The notes beneath the pieces were generated by a model, which was given only the letters and a program-made list of their open reading frames with translations, did no database searches and was not told the DNA's origin. The translations under genes and the position numbers were made by a program. A stretch of DNA of 64,000 bases from Candidatus Woesebacteria bacterium GW2011_GWA1_39_21 (lineage in GTDB: Bacteria > Patescibacteriota > Microgenomatia > UBA8517): positions 9,739 to 73,738 of the forward strand of contig LBWP01000001.1 in the NCBI GenBank assembly GCA_000993685.1. The letters are read 5' to 3'. This document shows positions 9,028 through 18,638 of the stretch, in pieces. The stretch's first letter is position 1, and each line of letters starts with the position of its first letter.

Positions 9028-10359
9028 ATGATATCTGATACTTCTAAAATCAACCCCAAAGTACCTCCGCATTCTGGTGAAGCTGAAACTTCCGTTTTAG
9101 GCGCGATGCTTTTGGATAAAGATGCAATTATCTCCGTCGCGGAGTTTTTGACATCGGGCGATTTTTATGAAGACCGCAACAAAAATGTTTATGAGGCTAT
9201 GGTCTCGTTGTACGAAGACCGCGTTCCGATTGACACGTTGACGGTGACGGAAAAGTTACGAAAGAGAAAAGTTCTTAAAAACATTGGTGGAGCTTCATAT
9301 CTTGCGGAGCTTACAGCCCAGGTTCCAACGGCGGCGCATGTTGAGCATTACGGGAGAATTGTCAAAAATCTGGCTACAAAAAGACAACTTTTGACCGCTT
9401 CATCCCGCCTTACTGAAATGTCGTTTGATGAAAGTGTTTCGGCTGAAGATTTATTAGACCGGGCGGAATCTGAAATATTTTCACTTTCGCAAAAACATTT
9501 GGCGAAATCGTTTACTTCTGTTCGTAGTGCTTTAGAAGAAAGTTTTGACAGACTTGATGAACTCCATAAACGTGCAGATGGATTGAGGGGGGTTCCTACA
9601 GGGTATAAGGATTTAGACGATAGTCTTGCGGGGTTTCAAGAATCTAATTTGATAATTTTAGCTGCAAGACCGGGTGTTGGAAAGACATCACTTGCTTTAA
9701 ATATTGCACAAAACGTTGCCGTCAAATATAAAAAAAATGTGGGTTTTTTCTCGCTTGAAATGAGCAAGGAAGAACTGGTAGATAGGCTTTTGGTTTCTCA
9801 AGCTGATATAGATGCATGGAAATTAAAAACAGGGAAACTTTCTGAAACGGATTTTACTTCGCTTTCTAACGCGATGGGTGTCTTGGCCGAAGCTCCAATT
9901 TATATTGACGACACTCCGGCACTATCGATTTTGGAGATGCGGACGAAGGCCAGAAGATTACAAGTTGAACACGGGCTCGATCTAATTATTGTCGACTATC
10001 TCCAGCTGGCCCGTTCAAGGCAATTGGAAAACCGAGTTCAAGAAGTCTCTGAAATATCACAAGGTCTTAAGAATTTGGCGAGAGAGCTTAAAGTACCCGT
10101 CCTGACCATATCACAGCTATCAAGAGCGGTGGAACAGCGTGGAGGACCCAAACGACCGCAACTGTCCGACCTTCGTGAATCGGGGTCGATTGAACAGGAT
10201 GCCGACGTTGTCATGTTTTTATGGCGTGAAGATGAAGACAATCTGGAAAATTTCCAGCTTGATATTGCAAAACACAGAAACGGCCCCATTGGAAACATAA
10301 AACTCTACTTTAAGGGTGACAGAATCAAATTCTACGGAAGAGATAGCAAGCACAGTTAG
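9028..10359 (+). CDS. dnaB: Replicative DNA helicase DnaB
   Basis: An N-terminal DnaB domain (SVLGAMLLD) precedes a RecA-like domain with Walker A (ARPGVGKTS) and the conserved LSDLRESGSIEQDAD motif. Confidence 0.95.
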   Translation: MISDTSKINPKVPPHSGEAETSVLGAMLLDKDAIISVAEFLTSGDFYEDRNKNVYEAMVSLYEDRVPIDTLTVTEKLRKRKVLKNIGGASYLAELTAQVPTAAHVEHYGRIVKNLATKRQLLTASSRLTEMSFDESVSAEDLLDRAESEIFSLSQKHLAKSFTSVRSALEESFDRLDELHKRADGLRGVPTGYKDLDDSLAGFQESNLIILAARPGVGKTSLALNIAQNVAVKYKKNVGFFSLEMSKEELVDRLLVSQADIDAWKLKTGKLSETDFTSLSNAMGVLAEAPIYIDDTPALSILEMRTKARRLQVEHGLDLIIVDYLQLARSRQLENRVQEVSEISQGLKNLARELKVPVLTISQLSRAVEQRGGPKRPQLSDLRESGSIEQDADVVMFLWREDEDNLENFQLDIAKHRNGPIGNIKLYFKGDRIKFYGRDSKHS

Positions 10360-10361
10360 GT

Positions 10362-10622
10362 TTATTTTTGTACGTCTGATTCATATACATCCTCGTCGTT
10401 TTCTACACGGAAAGTTTCCTTTGTATCCAAAGCTGTAATGACGTGAGAATGTTTTGTCGCGTTAACAATGCCGACGCGTACTCTTTTGTTGCCTAAATTG
10501 TATAGGTCAAGTCTAGTGCCCGACTTTACAACTAGATGCGAATAACTCATATCCTCAATATCGGCAGCGTCGTCAGCCAGGTCACGTCGGTTTTCAAAGA
10601 TTTGTTCCAATGATGGTGTCAT
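10362..10622 (-). CDS. hypothetical protein
   Basis: An 86-aa ORF tightly packed after dnaB. No family was recognised. Confidence 0.35.
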   Translation of the reverse strand: MTPSLEQIFENRRDLADDAADIEDMSYSHLVVKSGTRLDLYNLGNKRVRVGIVNATKHSHVITALDTKETFRVENDEDVYESDVQK

Positions 10623-10782
10623 AATTTGTTTAGACTAAAATTTAATCTATAAAAGGTATTGCCTGGTGTCGAGCACGATACAGTAGTCGACCTTTTCAAA
10701 TTGTTTAATGAGACGTCAGGTGAGGCTAAATTTCAAGTCTCGCAGCCTGAAATTCTTAATAACCACTCAGGTGAAAACTTAC

Positions 10783-11157
10783 CTATTGGGATATCATGAG
10801 CAGGGTTCCAGATATGACTACGAATACCAAAAGTGTCAAACCTCTTATGTAGTACCGCTTATTTATATATGAAGCAGATTTGATGCACAGAGCCAATGTA
10901 ATTATATTTGATAGTATTTGGTAAACAAGATAGGGCAAATTATTGAATTCGAGAGCGACTGAATACTTAACCGGTTTTTCTGCACAAGTTGGATATGGAC
11001 AAAAGGATGTAGGTACTAACTTAGCTACTACATGACCAGGGAAACCGAAATAATAATAATAATTTTTGTAAGAGTTGCTAGCAATATTTACCGAAGAAGA
11101 AGCAACTGCTAACAATAAATACAAAGTTAATCCAATAAATATCGACTTATACTTCAT
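10783..11157 (-). CDS. hypothetical small membrane protein (may be spurious)
   Basis: A hydrophobic 124-aa ORF in AT-rich sequence with low-complexity Tyr runs. Confidence 0.25.
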   Translation of the reverse strand: MKYKSIFIGLTLYLLLAVASSSVNIASNSYKNYYYYFGFPGHVVAKLVPTSFCPYPTCAEKPVKYSVALEFNNLPYLVYQILSNIITLALCIKSASYINKRYYIRGLTLLVFVVISGTLLMISQ

Positions 11158-11214
11158 TAATCTGTGTCAGACAATATCAAATTTGTACTTTGTGCTCTAC
11201 ATATATTCAAATTT

Positions 11215-11500
11215 GAACGTATTTCAAAGGAGCGGCGGTTGCCGCCATCCAACCGCCGCAATATCTTTAAGCTCGGCTTTCAGCCTCGCAAAAAGTCGGC
11301 TCGAACTTCTTACTGCAGAATAAACGGATTGAGTTTTGCTCGAATCCACCGCACAATGCGCTTGCCGCGCGGCCATTCGCGGCTCGCGCATACCCATCTG
11401 ATCTCCTTGTGTGCCGAGTACGGTACTATACTCGAACCTTTTCAACTACTTCAATGATACTTCAAATGAAGCCGAACTTCTATCTTCACGACTAACTTTA
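11215..11500 (+). ncRNA. rnpB: GC-rich structured RNA, candidate reduced RNase P RNA (rnpB)
   Basis: It is a GC-rich island in AT-rich intergenic DNA that contains only short shadow ORFs. Within it are a perfect 10-bp hairpin (GCGGCGGTTG...CAACCGCCGC) and a second GC hairpin. There is a CR-I-like AAAAAGTCGGCTCG and a CR-V-like GAAGCCGAACTTCTATC whose UCGGCU/AGCCGA segments can pair as a P4-like helix. There is also a P18-like GTACGGTACTATACTCGAACC. Confidence 0.4.
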
Positions 11501-11522
11501 TTAAATAACCACCTTGCAGAGA

Positions 11523-12293
11523 TTAATTCGATATACACCCAGGGTTGACCTTTTTAACTTTTTGAGGATTATCAAACAGGATATCTTGATGAACTTCAGA
11601 TGGATACGAATTCCGTATAACGATAATTCCTTTATCAACCACATAACCAAAATCATTGGCTCGACCAGACCTTGAGTCGCCTATGACATAGAATGGAAGT
11701 TTTTGTGACTTAGTTTTAACCTCTGATGGACAATATATATCTTCTTTTGTTGCGTTTTCACCGGCTAGTTTGACAACCCACTTATTCGTTGCGTTATCGT
11801 ATCTTAATGTTTCCGAAAAAGAGCCATTATTCATAAACCAATTGAATTTTGAGAAACTATCGAAAAAATACACTTCTAGTCCAACTTCGCCAGTACCCGT
11901 TTCATTAAAATTGCGTTTGGGCTCTATATCAGTTAAGAGTTCGCCATAATCAGTAGGATTATATTTAAACTCAAATCCAAATTCTTCGTTGCGGTATGTT
12001 TTAAGGTCAGAAGTGTAGTTTGACGCCTCCGAAGCTGTTTCTCTCGGTTGCCATGTTCCTATTTTCTTAGTGCACTCCCTCAAAAACTTTTCATTTGCTT
12101 TCGCTTCATTCTGGTTTTGTGCTACGCCAACCTGACATAAACCCTGAAAAAGATAGCATTGCTTTCCAGTTTTTTTCTCACATTCGTCTTTAGATGTGTA
12201 AGAACCTGATTTATTATCTCTCTTAGTAGAAATAAACAAAGCAACTACTACAGTTGTAAAAAGTAAGAGGCATATTAGTAGAATTTTCCTCAT
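11523..12293 (-). CDS. Secreted or membrane-anchored hypothetical protein with several cysteines
   Basis: It has an N-terminal signal/anchor (MRKILLICLLLFTTVVVALF). No family was recognised. Confidence 0.5.
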   Translation of the reverse strand: MRKILLICLLLFTTVVVALFISTKRDNKSGSYTSKDECEKKTGKQCYLFQGLCQVGVAQNQNEAKANEKFLRECTKKIGTWQPRETASEASNYTSDLKTYRNEEFGFEFKYNPTDYGELLTDIEPKRNFNETGTGEVGLEVYFFDSFSKFNWFMNNGSFSETLRYDNATNKWVVKLAGENATKEDIYCPSEVKTKSQKLPFYVIGDSRSGRANDFGYVVDKGIIVIRNSYPSEVHQDILFDNPQKVKKVNPGCISN

Positions 12294-12333
12294 AATCTAT
12301 CTTATATCAACTTACATCATCTTTGTCACTTTG

Positions 12334-12418
12334 TGCCGAGAAGAGGAGTCGAACCTCCACAAGCTGTTATGCTTACAGGTTTTTGAGACCTGCGCGTCTG
12401 CCATTCCGCCACCTCGGC
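12334..12418 (-). tRNA. tRNA-Leu (anticodon CAA), type II with a long variable arm
   Basis: The reverse complement has acceptor GCCGAGG/TCTCGGC, A73, a 3-bp D-stem, anticodon stem CAGGT/ACCTG with loop CTCAAAA, a variable arm AAGC-ATAACA-GCTT and T-arm GGAGG-TTCGACT-CCTCT. Confidence 0.9.
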
Positions 12419-12587
12419 GCGTCGAAACAAGTTTTGTTTTTTTGAATTGTTCGACTTACCTCACAATTCATAGCACTTCACTGTTTCTCCTTTCAAAAAT
12501 TCTTTGAATTTTTGTAGGTAGTTCCTATTTTACCAAATTCCACTGTATTTTTCTCGATATTCGAGATACTATACTCGATATACAAGT

Positions 12588-13664
12588 ATGGTCGATCCTC
12601 GGATACAAAAACAAGCCGATATTTTGGTTAATCACAGTGCAAAAGTTAAAAAAGGTGACAGTGTAATAATTTCGGGAGACATAATTTCAAAGCCGTTGAT
12701 CTTTGAAATCTACAAGTTGTGTATTAAAAACGGTGCCATTGATGTCGCGACAAAATTCGATGCTTACGAATTCGGCGAGTATTTTTTCAAAAACGCCAAT
12801 GACAACCAGCTTCATTTTTTTCCAAAGTTAGATTTCGAAGAGATTAAACAGACTGATTGCTACATTCGCATCGCAGCCCCCGTAAACACCAAGGCACTGT
12901 CAAACGTTGATGCAGATAAAATTTCGCAGCGGATCAAAGTGTTGGAGCCAATTTCTAATTACCGCGTTGAGCACACCCGTTGGGTGATTACCCGCTTTCC
13001 TACTGATGCGCAGGCACAAGAGGCGGACATGTCGCTTTCCGAATACGAGGATTTTGTCTTTGGTGCAATTAACGACGTTGATTGGAAGAAAAAATGGCTC
13101 GAGCAGGAAAAATTACGCAAACTTGTTGATGTTACTAAAACAGTGAGAATTGTTGGTCGACAAACTGATCTGACAATTTCAATAAAGGGTCGGAAGTCTG
13201 AAAATGCCGGCGGAGAATTTAATATGCCTGACGGTGAGGTCTTTACATCGGCTGTAGAAGATTCTGCAGAAGGCTACATTAGATATAGTTTTCCAGCCCT
13301 TTACATGGGACGTGAATTTCAAAATGTCAGCCTGGTATTTAAGAATGGCAAGGTTGTTAAAGCTACAGCCTCAAAAAACGAAAGCGATCTGAACAGAATT
13401 TTGAACATGGATCGGGGAGCTAGATATATTGGCGAGCTTGGAATTGGAAATAATTTTTCTATTACAAAGTTTACAAAAGATATTCTTTTTGACGAAAAAA
13501 TTGGCGGAACAATTCATATTGCCCTCGGTAGGGGATACAAAGAGACTTTAAGTAAAAATAAATCGAACCTGCACTGGGATATGATCTACGATCTGCGCAC
13601 CGACGGGCAATTATGGTTTGATCAAAGACTGGTCCAGAAAAATGGAAAGTGGCTTTCTCTTTAA
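12588..13664 (+). CDS. M29-family aminopeptidase (AmpS/PepS-like)
   Basis: The N-terminal pattern MVDPRIQKQADILVNHSAKVKKGDSVII and the overall length are typical of thermophilic metalloprotease M29. Confidence 0.7.
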   Translation: MVDPRIQKQADILVNHSAKVKKGDSVIISGDIISKPLIFEIYKLCIKNGAIDVATKFDAYEFGEYFFKNANDNQLHFFPKLDFEEIKQTDCYIRIAAPVNTKALSNVDADKISQRIKVLEPISNYRVEHTRWVITRFPTDAQAQEADMSLSEYEDFVFGAINDVDWKKKWLEQEKLRKLVDVTKTVRIVGRQTDLTISIKGRKSENAGGEFNMPDGEVFTSAVEDSAEGYIRYSFPALYMGREFQNVSLVFKNGKVVKATASKNESDLNRILNMDRGARYIGELGIGNNFSITKFTKDILFDEKIGGTIHIALGRGYKETLSKNKSNLHWDMIYDLRTDGQLWFDQRLVQKNGKWLSL

Positions 13665-13685
13665 CTGGAACGGCTCAAACAGGTG

Positions 13686-14174
13686 TTAGGCTGTTGTCAT
13701 CCACAAGATAGAAGCTACAATTACTACAATTTGTGTTGCAAATCCAAGAAAGACGTTGGTGTTGAATTGATGATTTTTTTGAAAGAATAATATTTTTTTC
13801 ATCCACGGCTTTTTGTAATTAAGGAAAATATAAGGCGCTTCAATCAGATCGGGCAGTACAGAGGCAAAGCAGCAAGCTAGAACAAGAATTGTTTGTTTGA
13901 CATTGGGCAGAAACGACGCTGCGATGATACTGCCTAAAACTAAGGCTAGGGTGGAATCGGCAATAATTATCTTTAAACTTTTTGAGTCGATAGTTTTAAC
14001 TTCCGCCTGTTGGTTTGTGATGTGTGGGTTCCAATGTGGAACCTCGTCTAAAACGAAATGGGAAAAGAAAGACAGCGATACTGCCAGAAAGGGATTTCCG
14101 GTTTTGACGGCAATTGCCGCCGCGACTATTACATGTGGTGTCTCGAGCACAAGTCTTATCATAGTAAATAACAC
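13686..14174 (-). CDS. Membrane-bound metal-dependent hydrolase-like protein (YdjM/DUF457-like)
   Basis: It is polytopic with a His/Asp-rich SHFVLDEVPHWNPH segment. Confidence 0.35.
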   Translation of the reverse strand: MLFTMIRLVLETPHVIVAAAIAVKTGNPFLAVSLSFFSHFVLDEVPHWNPHITNQQAEVKTIDSKSLKIIIADSTLALVLGSIIAASFLPNVKQTILVLACCFASVLPDLIEAPYIFLNYKKPWMKKILFFQKNHQFNTNVFLGFATQIVVIVASILWMTTA

Positions 14175-14232
14175 TTTATAATGTCAAACATAGGTAAATG
14201 TAAAGATCAATTGTGCTAATATCATAGATATT

Positions 14233-14832
14233 ATGGAAAGTGTACTTCTGACCGTTTTAGTTTCTGTTTTTTGCGGTTTGACCTTTCTTTTTATATTTTG
14301 GAAAAATCTCAAGGACGATTACATGCCGAGTCAAATTTTTTCTGTCGGCTTTATCGTACTCATTTCGTTTGCACTGGGCTTTTTCCTTTCGGGGTTTGCA
14401 AGCACTTATCGTTTTTGGATTCTTTTTATTGCGATCGTAATCGGTTATATTATAGGTTATTCAAAGTCGAAAATTAAATTTTACGAAGGACTTGATAGCT
14501 TAACAATTGCCTTGGCGATATCTCTGATTCCTTCTGCTTTATTTTTTATTAACGATTGGAGTCTTGACCTGTTTTTGTTTTATCTATCATTGGCGCTTTC
14601 ATGCCTGGTTTACTTTTCTGTCAGAAGATATTATAAAACATTTATTTGGTATAAGTCGGGCAAGAGAGGTTTTTCTGGCCTCTTTACCTTGGGCGTAGTC
14701 TTTTTGTTTCGTTCAGTTGTTTCGATTGTTAAACCCGATTATACTTTGTTTTTGACAGAATACGACATCTTTATTTCAGGATTGATTTCCTTTTCAGCAT
14801 TTCTTAATATATTCATATTGGGGGAAAAATAA
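14233..14832 (+). CDS. Polytopic membrane protein, hypothetical
   Basis: A 199-aa ORF with about 6 TM helices. Confidence 0.45.
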   Translation: MESVLLTVLVSVFCGLTFLFIFWKNLKDDYMPSQIFSVGFIVLISFALGFFLSGFASTYRFWILFIAIVIGYIIGYSKSKIKFYEGLDSLTIALAISLIPSALFFINDWSLDLFLFYLSLALSCLVYFSVRRYYKTFIWYKSGKRGFSGLFTLGVVFLFRSVVSIVKPDYTLFLTEYDIFISGLISFSAFLNIFILGEK

Positions 14833-15215
14833 TGAAGACTAAAGACAAAACTCAAACATTGCGCTTTCCATCAAATCTCGTTGCTCCTATTGGGAGGTTT
14901 TTAAGAACCAGCCTTAAGAAACTTGAGTCTCGTAAAAACGATATAGTGAGGGAGGATCCGTTTAGGAATAAGTCACGGCTTTTAGACAATGCTTCCCCGG
15001 ACGCAGATGCTGAAGAACAATTCGGACACGCACGTACATCGGCAATAAAGGAACAAATTGATCGACAGATTATACAAACCAGAAAAGCATTAACCCGGGT
15101 TAAGGTAGGGAAGTATGGTATCTGTGAGGACTGTGGGAATATGATTGATACCGAAAGGTTAATGGCATATCCCGAGGCAACACTTTGTACAAAATGTCAG
15201 GCTAAACGGGAATAG
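14832..15215 (+). CDS. DksA/TraR-family C4-type zinc-finger protein
   Basis: It has the C-terminal CEDCGNMID...CTKCQ four-Cys finger. Confidence 0.7.
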   Translation: MKTKDKTQTLRFPSNLVAPIGRFLRTSLKKLESRKNDIVREDPFRNKSRLLDNASPDADAEEQFGHARTSAIKEQIDRQIIQTRKALTRVKVGKYGICEDCGNMIDTERLMAYPEATLCTKCQAKRE

Positions 15216-15247
15216 CGGGAAATATACTTTCGCGTTAAACTATCTTC

Positions 15248-15964
15248 ATGGAAACCCCAAAGGTCATTTACCAAGACGACGACGTACTTGTTTTGGATAA
15301 ACCTTCCGGCTGGGTTGTCAATGATGCAAAGACGGCTCACGGAAACCCAATTCTGCAAAATTGGTTGAAAGAGAATTACAACTATCCGATTTCGCAGTCG
15401 ATCGAGAAAAGGTCTGGAATTGTCCACCGCTTGGATAAGGAAACGAGTGGGCTTTTGCTCATTGCAAAAAACGAAGCGGCTTTTGACGGCTTGCAAAGCC
15501 AATTTAAAGAGAGGTTAGTTAAAAAAACCTATTCTGCTTTGGTTCATGGTAAGTTTAATGATATGGAGGGGGTAATTTCTGAACCAGTCGGAAGACTTCC
15601 GTGGAACAGGGAAAGATTTGGTGTTTTACCTTCCGGTAAAGCTTCCTTGACAGAATACTGTGTTACTGCATCGTATTTAGATAAGCAAAAAAATATGTAT
15701 AGCTTATTAGAGCTTCTGCCAAAAACCGGTAGGACTCACCAGATTCGAGTACACTTAAAGTCAATTAACCACCCGATTGTTTCAGACCTATTTTATGCCG
15801 GGAGAAAAACATCTCGAAAGGATAGACTTTGGTGTCCAAGGCTTTTTCTCCATGCAGGGGTAATCGGGTTTAAAAATCCTGGAAGCGGTAAAGCGATGTC
15901 TTTAAATTCTTCGCTTCCAGCCGATTTAAATTCTGCTTTGGCGAAGCTTAGCCTCTTGATATAG
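15248..15964 (+). CDS. RluA-family pseudouridine synthase
   Basis: The motifs VLVLDKPSGWVV and HRLDKETSGLLLIAKN (catalytic Asp) are present. Confidence 0.85.
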   Translation: METPKVIYQDDDVLVLDKPSGWVVNDAKTAHGNPILQNWLKENYNYPISQSIEKRSGIVHRLDKETSGLLLIAKNEAAFDGLQSQFKERLVKKTYSALVHGKFNDMEGVISEPVGRLPWNRERFGVLPSGKASLTEYCVTASYLDKQKNMYSLLELLPKTGRTHQIRVHLKSINHPIVSDLFYAGRKTSRKDRLWCPRLFLHAGVIGFKNPGSGKAMSLNSSLPADLNSALAKLSLLI

Positions 15965-16006
15965 AGACTCTTTACTATCGTACTTCGTTTGCTTTAGACT
16001 GAAAAC

Positions 16007-16930
16007 GTGATCAGAGGCAGCCGGCGTCGGGCGAAAAAATTCAAAAGAGTTCGCAATTTTCAAAAATTTCCTTTAAAGAAAACCATTATTGGCTTCGGTA
16101 TTGGTTTATTTTTGGTTTTCATTGTCTTTGTGGTAACAATCGTTTTGAGTATTCGAAAAAGTGTCGGTATCGGTAAACCCATCAATACGGTTATCGTCTA
16201 CCGGGACGGGTTGGTTTTTGCAGGGTTTGACCCATCTGTTAATGATTTATTGTTAGTAAAAGTTCCTGGAAATTTGATGGTTAATACCGCAGGTGGGTAT
16301 GGAAAGTATCAACTAAAAAACGTGTACGACTTGGGAGAGAACGAAAAAAAAGCGGATGACTTAGTTAAAAAAACGATTATGAAAAATTTTCATATCCCGA
16401 TACATCTGGTGGTTGATTGTAGAAAGATTAGTTTTAACGGTGAAAGCGTTGGCACAAGTACTTTTTCGTGTCCGAAGCGACGGAATTTATTTTCGTTAGT
16501 AAATTTGTTATACGAGAGCATCAAAAGCGGCGGAAATACAAGCACAAAAGATTTGAAAGATTACCGGGCGATTGTTACTGATACAACTGACGATGGTTTT
16601 TTTGAATTATCGGATAGTATTTTTGACAAGTTGGAATTTGATTTTTCCCAAGATATGAGTCTTGACCAAATTGTTAATGTTAGGTTGGAAATAGGAAATA
16701 GTTCAGATCTGCCTGAATATTTGTACGACGTAATAAAAATCATGGGTGGAAGGGTAGTTGAGGGCACGTCTGGAAAAGATGTTGTTAGCAGTGGCTGTGC
16801 CGTTTTTGGCGATGATAAAAAGTTTATCGAAGATGTTGGAAGAGTGTTTGGTTGTCGGGTCGAATATGAGGAAATGGTTGCTAAAGAAGCACGGGTAAGT
16901 ATCTCCGAGAGCTACTTAAGATCACTTTAA
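16007..16930 (+). CDS. Membrane-anchored hypothetical protein (possibly LytR-CpsA-Psr-like)
   Basis: It has an N-terminal TM helix. A VKVPGNLMVNTAGGYGKY segment is weakly reminiscent of the LCP domain. Confidence 0.3.
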   Translation: MIRGSRRRAKKFKRVRNFQKFPLKKTIIGFGIGLFLVFIVFVVTIVLSIRKSVGIGKPINTVIVYRDGLVFAGFDPSVNDLLLVKVPGNLMVNTAGGYGKYQLKNVYDLGENEKKADDLVKKTIMKNFHIPIHLVVDCRKISFNGESVGTSTFSCPKRRNLFSLVNLLYESIKSGGNTSTKDLKDYRAIVTDTTDDGFFELSDSIFDKLEFDFSQDMSLDQIVNVRLEIGNSSDLPEYLYDVIKIMGGRVVEGTSGKDVVSSGCAVFGDDKKFIEDVGRVFGCRVEYEEMVAKEARVSISESYLRSL

Positions 16931-16934
16931 AGCG

Positions 16935-17672
16935 CTAGCTTTCAATTCCGTTACTAAACTGCTGGCTATCGCTACCTTGTGTTTCACTCTCGTCATCCTC
17001 GTTTGAGACAATGGTTGGTTTTTCATGAATTAATTCTGGGGCGGTGTAGGGGTTATAGTCGATTTTTTCTGAAGAAAATGAAGGTTGGTTTTGAAAATGT
17101 TCTGGGCGATCCGCTTCTCTGATAAAGACTTTGATTTCGTTATTCGAAACGGATTTAATCGAAAAAGTGTATTTATACCCAAGCCTTATTAGTTTTTTGA
17201 TGCGGATTGAAATGTCATCTGGGAGTTTTCCAATATATGTGTCCGAATCGGTAACGATGGAGATGCGTTGACCCTTGATGTTTTCGTAAACGATGTCACC
17301 ACAATCAAGTTTTGCGATCACCGGTTTGTCACAAGGATGAATTAATCGCACAATTTTGGTTTTCCCGGGTTCCTCCAAAAAAAGTTCTGCCGACATTTTT
17401 CCAGATGGATTTTTGTCAGCTTTTTTGACGTTTTTCCATTTCTCCCAACATTTAAGGGCAATTTGATTATAGGGATCAAGTTTCAAAGTTTTTTTAATTG
17501 AAGATTTTGCGGAGGAGATATTTCCAAGTTCAAAATATGCTTTGGATAGTCTATTGAGCGCTTCAATGTCATGTGGGGAATCCTGTAGGATCAACTTATT
17601 GGTGTCTCTGGCATTTTTCCAGTTGCCAAGTAGTGCAAAATTTACAGCTTTTTGGGCAAGGGATTGATTCAT
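16935..17672 (-). CDS. TPR-repeat protein with an uncharacterised C-terminal domain
   Basis: N-terminal TPR-like helices are present (AYFELGNISSAKSSIKKTLKLDPYNQIA). Confidence 0.5.
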   Translation of the reverse strand: MNQSLAQKAVNFALLGNWKNARDTNKLILQDSPHDIEALNRLSKAYFELGNISSAKSSIKKTLKLDPYNQIALKCWEKWKNVKKADKNPSGKMSAELFLEEPGKTKIVRLIHPCDKPVIAKLDCGDIVYENIKGQRISIVTDSDTYIGKLPDDISIRIKKLIRLGYKYTFSIKSVSNNEIKVFIREADRPEHFQNQPSFSSEKIDYNPYTAPELIHEKPTIVSNEDDESETQGSDSQQFSNGIES

Positions 17673-17876
17673 TAATTTTTATCTTACATGTAAGTATATT
17701 GTTCGAATTTTTCTTGTCAATAACTTATTGTTCGGCAAAAACCTTCGTGATTGATGTGCTAATTTGTAGTGACGATTAAATACGTATTAGTAAAACCAAG
17801 ACGCTCAATTTTCTAATTTTACCCTTTAAGTTAGTCAGATTAGCTAGTATAATTACACTCGAGGAATTATTTAATT

Positions 17877-18617
17877 ATGTCGGGCCACTCACATTTTGCA
17901 ACAATTAAAAGGGCCAAGGAGCTTAAGGATTCACAGAAAGGTAAGATCTTTTCTAAACACGCTAGGTCAATTTCGATGGCAGTAAAGGCAGGTGGAGGAA
18001 CCGATCCTACCGCAAATTACAAGCTGCGAATGGCTATCGAAGCTGCGCGGGCCGATAACCTTCCTAAAGAAAATATCGAGAGGGCAATTTCAAAAGCTTC
18101 AACCGAAGCCAGTAATTTAGAAGAATATGTCTACGAAGGTTATGGACCTTTCGGAGTTTCCTTTTTGATTGAAGCAACAACAGATAACAAAAACAGAACT
18201 GCTCAAGAAATTAAAAATATTTTTGAAAGGGGAGGGGGTAGCATGGCCGGTCCAGGTTCGGTATCTTTTAACTTTGAAAGTATAGGGATGATTAAGGTTA
18301 AAAAATCGGAAAGTCCAGAAACTCAACTTCTTGACCTGATTGACTTGGGAATAGACGACTACGAAGAAGTCGGTGATGAGTTGATTTTATACGTTCCTTT
18401 TGATAAGACGGCGCAATTAAAAGATGCGATTTCCTCTAAAGGATATTCTGTGGTTAGTACTCAACTAATTAAAAAAGCGAAAACTTTTTTAGACATCACA
18501 GAGATCGGAAAAGCAAAAAAGATTTTTGATTTGATAAAAAAAATGGAAGAACAAGATGACGTGCAAAATGTTTACACGAATGTTAATGTAAGTGGCGAGT
18601 TGTTGGCCACTTTGTAG
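17877..18617 (+). CDS. yebC: YebC/PmpR-family transcriptional regulator
   Basis: The N-terminus MSGHSHFATIKRAK...KAGGGTDPTANYKLR is diagnostic. Confidence 0.9.
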   Translation: MSGHSHFATIKRAKELKDSQKGKIFSKHARSISMAVKAGGGTDPTANYKLRMAIEAARADNLPKENIERAISKASTEASNLEEYVYEGYGPFGVSFLIEATTDNKNRTAQEIKNIFERGGGSMAGPGSVSFNFESIGMIKVKKSESPETQLLDLIDLGIDDYEEVGDELILYVPFDKTAQLKDAISSKGYSVVSTQLIKKAKTFLDITEIGKAKKIFDLIKKMEEQDDVQNVYTNVNVSGELLATL

Positions 18618-18638
18618 TATGAGAGAATATTTTTCTTT

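Noticed and set aside
11215-11500. Fluoride (crcB) riboswitch controlling the adjacent 124-aa membrane ORF, suggested by GGATGG...AACCGCC in the GC hairpin
   Set aside because: The downstream ORF has none of the CrcB/Fluc signatures. The riboswitch CUAAUGA segment is absent and the element is several times longer than a crcB motif.
10800-11500. tmRNA (GGATTCGAG and TCGAATCC fragments)
   Set aside because: No tRNA-Ala-like acceptor/T-arm pair and no tag reading frame ending in ALAA-stop were found. The matching fragments are on opposite strands.
16007-16930. Confident LytR-CpsA-Psr assignment for the 307-aa membrane-anchored protein
   Set aside because: Only a weak resemblance to the LCP C-terminal segment. 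The RSDT-type motif was not found, so it is kept as hypothetical.
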